Origin: Epithemia pelagica
Taxonomy: Eukaryota > Protista > Bacillariophyta
Direction of reading: 5' to 3'
Length of the DNA: 64,000 nucleotides
NCBI GenBank assembly: GCA_946965045.2
Contig: OX337242.1
Location: 2,418,001 to 2,482,000, forward strand
In this document: positions 34,290 through 45,432 of the stretch, one piece after another
How the letters are laid out: each line of letters starts with the position of its first letter
Position numbering within the stretch: position 1 is the stretch's first letter
Position numbers and translations under genes: made by a program
Notes under the pieces: generated by a model
What the model was told of the DNA's origin: nothing
What the model saw: only the letters and a program-made list of their open reading frames with translations
Databases searched by the model: none

Positions 34290-35302
34290 TATCCTTAATC
34301 GGCCAAGGCCGCCATATCGGCCTTCACTTTGGAATTTTTGCCAAACAAAAACAGGGTAAAAAATCAATATTTAGCCTTTTGGGACATCAGAAATGAATTC
34401 TACGGGTCAAAATTACCCTAGACAATGTTTCTTGGTATCATGGTAGTTGCAGCTGCAGTCGTAATGGGCATTTTGGTGACCATCATTTTTTCAAAAAACA
34501 CAGCATCGGCCTTCGTTGTCCAATCGAGAATGCCCAATGAAAACAAGAATGATGGGGCCACCAGTGCTTCTGGTGTTCCCCATTCCATTATGATATCATC
34601 AGACAGCCCTAGTGCTATTTCTGATTCATTTGGACGGTCCGAAGCAACTCCAGGTACGAAAAACCAAGAGAAGATTTTTGTTCGTGAAGTGGCTTCTATC
34701 ATTATCAACGTGTAACTCTTTTCTTTCCTCCAGGGCATTCTCAAGATAATAGTCAAGCTGTATGCACAGCAACAGAGACAACAATCAACCAGTCAACAAG
34801 AACAAGCAACCTTCCGGAGTCACATTCAGGTTAGTCGCACTTACCCACCACGATAGAAGCACGAGAAACGAAAATGAGGTTTTTGGGCCAAAAATGGGGG
34901 TCAGAAGCATCATTGATAGCAGTACGGCACAATGCACGGTAAATCAAAAAGTGCGACCAAAAACCTCATGAGTCGAGGTGAATATCACCTCCTGCAATGG
35001 CATGTTTGTCCTGGATCCTTGCCCATCCAACAAAAGACATACACAAGAACATACTGACGAAGTTTGAAACAAAAAAGTTGTAGACTTCATGAGATATTTC
35101 AGTTTTAGTAAGATTTTTTGCAATACTGTAGTTTGTGCACGTCCAAAAGCAGACATGTAATGGTCATATGGAAACCAGACCTTCTCCATCAAAACAACCA
35201 TGCTTTGAAGATGTTGTTTGCATAGTTACAGCCATGGAGCCTTCATTTTGGAGTGTATTGAAGGCCGGAATATCGGCCTTCCCCCACTCCGATTAAGGGA
35301 TA
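34290..35302. mobile_element. Putative ~1-kb non-autonomous TIR element
   Basis: Imperfect inverted ends TATCC(C)TTAATCGG, each followed by an AAGGCCG-N6-CGGCCTT hairpin (34305-34324 and 35261-35280). Confidence 0.4.
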
Positions 35303-38300
35303 TGGAAATGTTCCAAATGGAAAGATCTATGAGAACCAAGGGTCCAAAATGAAATGACGTGGATGCTGAGAACAATAGGGTGTCATGAAGTTATCGGAGT
35401 AGTGTATTTACTACTCAATTTTATCGGAGCAGTGTATTCACTACTCGATTACGATTGGTGTTGAGCACAAACTTCAATCCTCCGCACAACATTGAACTTC
35501 AAAATGTCCCTGTTTTCTGTTGTCAATAAAAAAACCCTATGCAGCCAGCAATATGCTGTGGGTACTTGAAAACTTAATAAGTATTGCAATCTGGAATGGT
35601 GTCTAAAACACACGCCAGTGCTTCTGTCAAAATGTGCTTTCTTCCGCATAATTTCCATAGGCAGATTTTGGTGAATCCACCCCAGTGTACGAGTTGAAAG
35701 GTATTTTTGTCGAAAAACCAATAATAGCCGCAAAGTGGCGCGACATGTCTGCCACTTGTATTCATGTCCATTTCAGGACCACCAAACATTGGCCACCTCC
35801 AGTTCATTTGGATTAAAGACACACTTAACTCAATATGTATCATGGTACTCCTATTTGTTTAGACTTCCTGGCCCTCCAAATATAAATATACTGTACTCTT
35901 CAATCGTGTCATCACATTTACTGTTGATCCAGGTGGAAGATTTTGACACTAACATTGATGCGCAATGGTACTTCGTTTGACTGGATTATTCGTTTTTGTT
36001 GCGGCCCCATTGTAGTCTGCTGTGGTGTCTCGAAGAGTGGGACAATTCTTGACACAGGGTGTTCCCACTTCGTTTTGGTTAGATCGACCGGGAAACCCTC
36101 AGCAGCTTCACTACGAACAGAACGGCACGCGTACCCGCGCACGTGATAGGTAAATGAGCCATTAAGTGAGAAGGTTCGTCTCACTACGCAAGTGCCCAGC
36201 ACTAACGTCACATGAGGGAAGCCGCTTCTCGGAAAAACGTCTGTCGATCGAGGACAAACAAAGCAAAAAACATTCAAATGAGGAGCTAAGAAAGCCTTGG
36301 ATTCGATGTAAGTCAATGACCGACCTTCCAACGAGGCTTTCCCGGTAACTGGGTCGACGCAGCCAGATCTGAAATTTCTTCCACAATGAAACATCGCCCG
36401 ACTTTTCATGGATAAGCAGCACGGAATAAATATGGAATTCCAAACGACAGACACCATGCCATTTAACATTACTGGGGTGTCAGTACTACAGAAACGAACA
36501 TTAACAAAACTCAGGTTCCAAACGACGCCATTATTCTAACCCGGTTCAGACCAATGTTAAAGCCGCCTTTGTCGCATGACAATAGTGTCATGGGCAAATA
36601 TGGAAGGCCTCGGAACATTTCAGCAGTTATCTGTACTCGAGGGTAAGGGTTAGGTTAACAATTAGCGTTTTGATTAAAGCCAACCACCTCTAGTTCCATG
36701 CAAGGCGCACGGACGCCAAAGTATAACGTCGAACGTCTGAAGAAATCCCGAAAATCCATTCACTCAAAGCATATCTTAGATCTTCCATCCCTTCTTCAGA
36801 TACGACTGTTGCCGAGTGCGAAAGAGGAGTCTGGGGACAAGGAAGCCGGTGGAAAGCGGAATTTCTCTGCTTGGAATCTATAGAGATCGCGACAACGGTT
36901 TTCTACGACAAATCGGAAAAAACACGGAGAGAGACCATGGAACCAAAAACAATCTCGTGAAACCTATCTGGAGTTGCCCTGTCAACGGCCAGTCGTATCC
37001 TGCGCCTACAGATGGGAGCCGCCCGTCTCTGCGAGTAGATTCATATTCTTCCAGAAGAAAGAACCACATGGACATCAAGATTCTCTTCAGTTGGTCCTCC
37101 CTCCTATCCCCCATCGTCGTGGATAGATCTTTTTGTTTTGTCCATTGAAACTAAAATTTGCTGTTTATCAGGACTCCATCTCAAAAGAAACATCTCAAAA
37201 GCACTTACATGAAAGAAGAATGGTTTGGATGGTGCATTGCAGTTCGGCGAATTCGTTCTGGAGGACGCCTACCAACGTTCTTCTAGAATGTGAACTAACC
37301 TTTTGTTCTTCTCCTGCTTTTGAAGGAGAGGCAGACGGCAGATGAACGATGGGGGAAATGCTAAACAATGATTGATGGTGCTGATTGCAGATTGAAGGGC
37401 GAATAAGGATGGGTGACAAATGTATGAACAGCTTCTCTGTTAACATTTTGATGGATTGGCACGTCTGTGAGTTTCTGAATGGGTAAAGGCACCTCTCTAT
37501 TGTTTCTTATTAGCTATCACTAGATCTATTCATTCCTTTCTGTAATGAACGGACGCCTACTCCTGCAAAGAACGACACTTATCACATGAAGCGACTTCCT
37601 CGATCTGAAAAACTGGAGAGGAGGGATTAATCTATGCAACAATATGTATATGATTAGTTTTTGGCCCAGACACGTACTAGGTGTTAGAGGCAGCGGAAAG
37701 ACAGAGGGAAAACGGTAACAAAACTACGTGGCAGCTGGTCATGAGAGAGAGAAATATCGATCTTTGTTGCTTGTTCGACACATGTATGATAGATGTTCGG
37801 ATTCCTGAACATTGGTGGTGAACATGAACCGTGCTTTTGCATTTTAGACCAGATCCTCGAAGCACCACCACAACCATACTACGATCAAGAAAAGATACAC
37901 ATTTTACTACGCATTGTGTGCAGGGGCTAGTGTCGTTTTCTTCAATAGGAGAGCCAGTATAGAGAAAAGCGAGAGGAGCTTTCTTCCACTTTATAATAAG
38001 TGACATTTTGACTGATCTCACACTTTTCTCAGTTCGTATTTTATGGACGAGGTTTTGATTGAGAAGAATACCATGTCGTAGGAATTTGTTCAATGGACTG
38101 GGACTTGGTATCTGGAATTGCTCTTATGTAATGTCATCGACAATATAATCTTGGCCCACGGTGGTCAAGGACAAACCAATATGAAGAGCCATTTGGAGCC
38201 TCGCGATGGGAGTTTTCTTGTGCCCTATGAATGTTTATCTTCTCAGTACGAGCCTGGCAACACGTTCTTGTCGCATACCCTGCACGGACTTAGTATTCTT

Positions 38301-39380
38301 ATCCCGCGCGCCTATGTCTCGTTAAATTTCATTGCGATCAACACGTCAACGTCACTGGAATCCCACCGCCAAGCACTATGGAGGTACCAACATTGAGAAC
38401 GAGGTCATTGAAAGAAGAGGCCACCATGTCGACCTACAAGAAGACTGTCTCTCCCAACCAGGACCCTCATTATGACCTATACCTAAAGGACTCGCGTCCT
38501 TTGTGTGGCCCGTGTTGAATGAATGTCGTCAAATGGACTTGTAGTCTTGCAACTCTCTTAGAAAACACAAAGCCTCAACTTTTTTACGCTCACTTTTTTC
38601 TCCTGTTCGCGCCGGCACCACTGAAGAGTATAAATTATATATATTACTGTATAAAATAAAAAACGTCATTTTTTCTCGTCTGTTCTGTCTGTCTGTCTGG
38701 TTGGCTGTCTGGTTGTCGGTCTGTTTGTCGTTCCACTGGATGTGGTACAACTGCTTCATGGGAACATCTCGTTTCTTAAGACGAATGGTTGCCTGGTTCC
38801 ACAGTTCTACAGCCCAAACGAGGCAAAGCGGAAACAACAAGTAGCGACAGCAACAACGAGCGGTGTCAACGACAACGAGTGGCGACCATCACAACAACAC
38901 CAGACTCAACAATTCACTCCTCGTTCCGGCCGAACGGCGAAATAATCCGGGGCTGAGACAACAACTACGACAGGTAACACAACAATCAACTGCTCCCTTC
39001 GTTCGCGAACGAAAACACTTGGCGCAACAACAACAACAACCCAAACGCAGCCATCAGCTACCAGTGTCGACAACGGAAACAACAACAACCCAAACGCGAC
39101 AATCAACTACTCGTTGCCTCGGATCGGCGACAACGACAACACTCCGACAACAACCCCAATGCAACAATCAACAACAGCAACGACAACGGCAACACCACCA
39201 CCATACTCAATTATCGACAATTCGCATTGATTAGCGCAACAATCAACTACAAGAAACAATCAATAGGGATTCATGAACGCATCGATTGGATGAAGCATTC
39301 ACGCATGGACTACAAGAGATGTAAAATACGAGTAGAGATATCATGAGGAGTTAGAGGCTATGGGTTCTTACACGGTGTTT

Positions 39381-39466
39381 GCCCGATATGATCGGGCTAG
39401 CCCGATATGTGCATTCCAGCCCGATATGATCGGGCTAGCCCGATATGTGCATTCCAGCCCGATATG
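39381..39466. repeat. Subterminal palindromic array (38-bp unit x2, GCCCGATATG cores); duplicated at 41487-41572
   Basis: GCCCGATATGATCGGGCTAGCCCGATATGTGCATTCCA twice, plus a further core. Confidence 0.85.
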
Positions 39467-39802
39467 AGCATTTAATCTGGCTTGCGTGACACATTATACA
39501 AGCCCCAAGAAAGGGCTATTGACAGAATGGTACTCAATTGTACTTTACTACTAAGAATTGGTTCTACTTTCACATGATCAATTCACGATACTCCCCTTTC
39601 AGTTTGCATGTGTTTGTATTGGCTTGCTTTCTTCTACCGAGTCCACCTCCCTATCCTGTAGTGTACTCTTCTAATAATACTTGGACTTGGTGATCGGCGG
39701 GGAGTAGAAACTCTGAACCATGATTCCAAACCACTTTTGCAAACGGTTCCGAATGGACTCCTCCTCTTTGTTTGTGACAGAAAACACACATTGTGGTCAA
39801 CC

Positions 39803-40598
39803 ATGACGGACGACGGAGTTGATGCTCCTCCTCTGAAGCGCTCTCGCCTTCATGAGCTCTCCACCGACGACATAATGTACAAGGCTTGCATCATCTTTGG
39901 ATGCGACCCGTACAAGAAGAAAGCTCCAAAAACAGAGGAGAGGAAGTTTCGTGCACTCTAGAGGAAGTTTCGTGCACTCTTTGGGTGCTTGCCCATTGTT
40001 GTGCTTGCGTTGTGGAGCCTTCTGCTAGAGTGTAGTTTTGTGCCTGAAGGAGGCAAGCTCATCCATTTGTTTTGGGCCTTGCTGTTCGTGAAAGTGTATC
40101 CCACAGAGGATACTCTTACAGTACTTTGCTCGGATCCAACTGGGATCCATGATCGTAAAACAGTTCGAAAATGGATTCGGATGTTCATGACAGCCGTCTC
40201 CTACCTAACAGATATAGTGGTAAGTTGACTGCAATGTTGAACTGACTGTTTCCTATTATTGTCTAACCCTTTGGATTGCTTTTCTTTGGCAGATTGATTT
40301 TGATAATGGCCTTAGTGATGACATTGGCAATGATTGCCTTGTCAATGTCAATGGCACAGATTTTCTTATTCGCCATAATGGGCGCAAGTTTTATTCCTAC
40401 AAGTTTAACCACTCCGGTCTCCGCTATGAGGTTGCAACGTGCATTCGCACAGGAGATCTGGTTTGGATTTCTGGTCCAGGGGAGCCAGGCATGTATAATG
40501 ATATTGCTTTGTTCCGCAACAGCGGAATCATGTATCTACTCGACGAGGGCAAACGAGTGGAAGCCGATGATGGCTACCGTGGCGAGGCACCGGTGCAT
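39803..40598 (+). pseudogene. Harbinger/ISL2EU-type transposase, copy 1, truncated at the duplication junction
   Basis: Same sequence as 41909-42704, with the intron at 40220-40292. Confidence 0.8.
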
Positions 40599-41908
40599 CG
40601 CGTCCTTTGTGTGGCCCGTGTTGAATGAATGTCGTCAAATGGACTTGTAGTCTTGCAACTCTCTTAGAAAACACAAAGCCTCAACTTTTTTACGCTCACT
40701 TTTTTCTCCTGTTCGCGCCGGCACCACTGAAGAGTATAAATTATATATATTACTGTATAAAATAAAAAACGTCATTTTTTCTCGTCTGTTCTGTCTGTCT
40801 GTCTGGTTGGCTGTCTGGTTGTCGGTCTGTTTGTCGTTCCACTGGATGTGGTACAACTGCTTCATGGGAACATCTCGTTTCTTAAGACGAATGGTTGCCT
40901 GGTTCCACAGTTCTACAGCCCAAACGAGGCAAAGCGGAAACAACAAGTAGCGACAGCAACAACGAGCGGTGTCAACGACAACGAGTGGCGACCATCACAA
41001 CAACACCAGACTCAACAATTCACTCCTCGTTCCGGCCGAACGGCGAAATAATCCGGGGCTGAGACAACAACTACGACAGGTAACACAACAATCAACTGCT
41101 CCCTTCGTTCGCGAACGAAAACACTTGGCGCAACAACAACAACAACCCAAACGCAGCCATCAGCTACCAGTGTCGACAACGGAAACAACAACAACCCAAA
41201 CGCGACAATCAACTACTCGTTGCCTCGGATCGGCGACAACGACAACACTCCGACAACAACCCCAATGCAACAATCAACAACAGCAACGACAACGGCAACA
41301 CCACCACCATACTCAATTATCGACAATTCGCATTGATTAGCGCAACAATCAACTACAAGAAACAATCAATAGGGATTCATGAACGCATCGATTGGATGAA
41401 GCATTCACGCATGGACTACAAGAGATGTAAAATACGAGTAGAGATATCATGAGGAGTTAGAGGCTATGGGTTCTTACACGGTGTTTGCCCGATATGATCG
41501 GGCTAGCCCGATATGTGCATTCCAGCCCGATATGATCGGGCTAGCCCGATATGTGCATTCCAGCCCGATATGAGCATTTAATCTGGCTTGCGTGACACAT
41601 TATACAAGCCCCAAGAAAGGGCTATTGACAGAATGGTACTCAATTGTACTTTACTACTAAGAATTGGTTCTACTTTCACATGATCAATTCACGATACTCC
41701 CCTTTCAGTTTGCATGTGTTTGTATTGGCTTGCTTTCTTCTACCGAGTCCACCTCCCTATCCTGTAGTGTACTCTTCTAATAATACTTGGACTTGGTGAT
41801 CGGCGGGGAGTAGAAACTCTGAACCATGATTCCAAACCACTTTTGCAAACGGTTCCGAATGGACTCCTCCTCTTTGTTTGTGACAGAAAACACACATTGT
41901 GGTCAACC

Positions 41909-43004
41909 ATGACGGACGACGGAGTTGATGCTCCTCCTCTGAAGCGCTCTCGCCTTCATGAGCTCTCCACCGACGACATAATGTACAAGGCTTGCATCAT
42001 CTTTGGATGCGACCCGTACAAGAAGAAAGCTCCAAAAACAGAGGAGAGGAAGTTTCGTGCACTCTAGAGGAAGTTTCGTGCACTCTTTGGGTGCTTGCCC
42101 ATTGTTGTGCTTGCGTTGTGGAGCCTTCTGCTAGAGTGTAGTTTTGTGCCTGAAGGAGGCAAGCTCATCCATTTGTTTTGGGCCTTGCTGTTCGTGAAAG
42201 TGTATCCCACAGAGGATACTCTTACAGTACTTTGCTCGGATCCAACTGGGATCCATGATCGTAAAACAGTTCGAAAATGGATTCGGATGTTCATGACAGC
42301 CGTCTCCTACCTAACAGATATAGTGGTAAGTTGACTGCAATGTTGAACTGACTGTTTCCTATTATTGTCTAACCCTTTGGATTGCTTTTCTTTGGCAGAT
42401 TGATTTTGATAATGGCCTTAGTGATGACATTGGCAATGATTGCCTTGTCAATGTCAATGGCACAGATTTTCTTATTCGCCATAATGGGCGCAAGTTTTAT
42501 TCCTACAAGTTTAACCACTCCGGTCTCCGCTATGAGGTTGCAACGTGCATTCGCACAGGAGATCTGGTTTGGATTTCTGGTCCAGGGGAGCCAGGCATGT
42601 ATAATGATATTGCTTTGTTCCGCAACAGCGGAATCATGTATCTACTCGACGAGGGCAAACGAGTGGAAGCCGATGATGGCTACCGTGGCGAGGCACCGGT
42701 GCATGTCCGTTGCCCATGTGTCTGTGGGACGGCAATCGAAGAATTCGAATGGATGGAAGCAATCTGCCGACGACGCCACAAAACAATCAACAATCGATTT
42801 AAACAATTTGGTGTGCTCAAACAAGTGTGGTGCCACCGGCTCATCAACCATGGAAAGGCATTTTGTCTGGCTGCCGTTGTGACGCAGCTTTCCATCAAAC
42901 ACGGTGAGCCTCTATTTGATGTAGACTACGTCGATCCCAATTGGGACGACGACTACATTGCTAAGATTGAATATGGGCCAGATCTGGCAGCCGTGGAGCT
43001 CTAG
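41909..43004 (+). pseudogene. Harbinger/ISL2EU-type (DDE_Tnp_4-like) transposase, copy 2, inactivated
   Basis: HLFWALLFVKVYPTE, an intron at 42326-42398, then (D>N)GTDF, EADDGYRG and RH(E>K)TINNRFK. A 21-bp duplication creates an in-frame TAG at 42065-42067. Confidence 0.85.
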
Positions 43005-44035
43005 GAGTTAGCATCATCTTTAATCTAGTAATTACTCATTGTGTCCTACAATTCCATTGGTGTTACAATTCCATTAGTGGTCCTATGTCCGTCCTCCCCT
43101 TTGCAAAAGCTAGGCCTATACTCGTAAAAGTGTCCCATGGCGCCCTACTTTTTGCCTAGAACCCTGATTGTGCATAGGAGGGTCGATTTCCCCCATTTCC
43201 GGCCAGACTGGCAGGAGACCTTGGTTTCATCAACGACGTACTTGCTGCAGGAAACAGATGTCGAATGGACAGGATGGATGGGGAGGGTGCTTTATCTTTT
43301 CTTTATGAGAATTACCCTTTGTGGGTTGGAAAACCTCTGATCTTTGTGTCACATGACTTTGCTTTCCTCTCAGGAGAGGGATGTGATGTGAGGGCCAACC
43401 GGGCAATTCTTCAACGCTCTCTTGACAAAACAGTGCAAATTTAGTTCTGACATGACAATGGCAAGAATAATTTCAACAAATGCATGTTCCGATGGGCTGA
43501 CCCACCGACTTGCCTGCCAATTTACCCCTGGTCTTTTGCCACAAGAACCTAAACCATTCATACTCTGTTAATCTGACATTATTGCCAATTGTGACAGATC
43601 TTCCTGCGTCACAAGTGCAAAATCACCTACCCATACTAGAGCAGAACTCCCAGTCCTTGAGTCAATCATTTCTCTTGATCGATACAGAGATTAGAATAGC
43701 AGTGTACCGTGATCGGGAACCTAATCTGAACTCAACCAAGACTTAAGAAAATGAAAGCCAAATCCAGAATGGATATATTAAACTTCACGATAGCTAAGGC
43801 AGAGATATGATTGGTCTAAAACACCCAAACCCTATGTCTTTCCTATGATATTACTTGGACAAGCCTTTGGAAACCTCCAATGTTTTTGAAATGTTTCCTA
43901 TACTTTAGACAACAATGGCGAGGTAAGACAAGGTTTCCTACCATACAAATGAACAGAGTATCAGACTTCGGAATGGAGGGAATTTGGAGGCAATTGATTG
44001 GCACCCGGAATGGATCAACAATGAGGGTGAAGCTA

Positions 44036-44589
44036 CCGTAATTTGCGGAGTCCTGTACCCCGGAATGTACATGGATTTTGTAAAAGGGGTACAGGACTCT
44101 GAAAAAATATGCTTTCGTTGATGAGAGATTCCATTTGAGCATACAATAATGATGATAGTAACTCTTCCTTCATTTTTCTGCCTCCAACACCTCTTTTCCC
44201 CCTGGGCACAACAATAGCAATAGAGGATCACGAGGTGGATTCGTCAGGCTTAGCTAATGATTGATAAGTAAGACATGACAAGACAAAAATTTTATCATGT
44301 GTGTGACCGTTTGATTCATGAGGCTTAATACGGTGAGCACCGTTTTTATTACCCCAGTTTTTTGAACAAGAGACAATCGCCAAAACGACAACAATATCGA
44401 CCGTAACTCCAGTTGGGTGTACGGGCATGGTGCGTGCGGGGGCTCTATCGAAAGCTTAAAATATAAGGAATGCATTGGAAGTACTAATTTGTTCTTAGTC
44501 TTATCCTACGAAACATTAGAAGACCATGTACATGGAAAATGCCAGGGGGGTACAGGACTCCGGGGGATACAGGACACCGCAAATTACGG
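44036..44589. mobile_element. 554-bp MITE with TA target duplication (Tc1/mariner-pogo, Tc2-like ends)
   Basis: TA|CCGTAATTTGCGGAGTCCTGTACCCC ... GGGGATACAGGACACCGCAAATTACGG|TA, with internal GGGGTACAGGACTC repeats. Confidence 0.8.
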
Positions 44590-45432
44590 TAGAGTGCCAA
44601 AAAACTTCCTTTCACTAGGGCTAATGAAAAACAACAACCATACAAATTTTGCAACGGTCATAAAAAAGGGGATTATTATTCAATACATGGAAAAGAGTTA
44701 GTGCTTAAAAAAAACCATGGCAAGTGAAGGCCTTAATGACAGCAGCAGCAGCAGTGTGGCCGAGAGGATGAGCAACCTATACGTGGGATGGACACTGAAG
44801 CCAATACCACCAGCAGTCACGCATGTTCCCACAGCGTTCCCTGTAGTATCAGACTTGTTGGAGAGAGAGAGGAGGGAGAAAAATGGGAGGAGTGCAGAGT
44901 CAGAAACAAGTCACCAACAGTAAAGCAATCCAAAGGAGACCGGATCATCAGTACAAGTCCTCCAACGCTCACACTCAAAAGAAGCCTGAAGAAGAAGAAG
45001 AAGACCATCCCTTTGACCCGGCTCGTGATTGCCCTGTTTGAAAGAGAGAGGCTGCGGGCAAGTCTCAAGAACCCCATGGTAAACATGTCGATCGTTGCCC
45101 TCGTAGTCAAAGCATTCGGAAAAACCATACCGTATGCACAAAGTGCATGCCGAAACTCACGGAGGGAACAAGTCTATGAAAATGCGAGCGGAACCACCTG
45201 CGCATAGCTAGGTAGGTGGGTATAGAGTCCGACGTCCGTGTGTCGTGCGCCCCTTTTGGAAAATCTCCAGCGGGGTTGTAGGGTGTAAGTTTGATAGGGA
45301 TCAATCGTCAGTATGAAATCATAAATCGAGACGCTACGGCGTAATGAAAGAGGTATCTTCTCGAGTTTGGGAAATCTTTTTCGTTCGGCATATAGTGTGT
45401 GAAAGTGAAACGGTGGAGTGGATAGGCCAACC

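Larger units (their letters stand above)
38492..42704. repeat. Tandem duplication with a 2106-bp period
   Basis: 38492-40598 is repeated at 40598-42704, with identical ORF sets offset by 2106. No differences were seen. Confidence 0.95.

Noticed and set aside
36641-36656. Telomere-like GGGTAAGGGTTAGG
   Set aside because: Only about two degenerate units, which is compatible with chance.
35449-38400. Several 60-180 aa ORFs on both strands
   Set aside because: No recognisable motif or consistent gene structure. They are possibly decayed sequence and were not called.
38863-39234. Q/T-rich ORFs in the CAA-rich repeat
   Set aside because: They are low complexity, and the frames are not preserved between copy 1 and copies 2/3.
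43110-43150. Candidate right TIR of the Harbinger-type element
   Set aside because: Only CCCAT(G/A)GC matches the left end and no TSD is evident.
44717-45207. Short ORFs upstream of the PPR gene
   Set aside because: They are fragmented by stops and have no identifiable domain.
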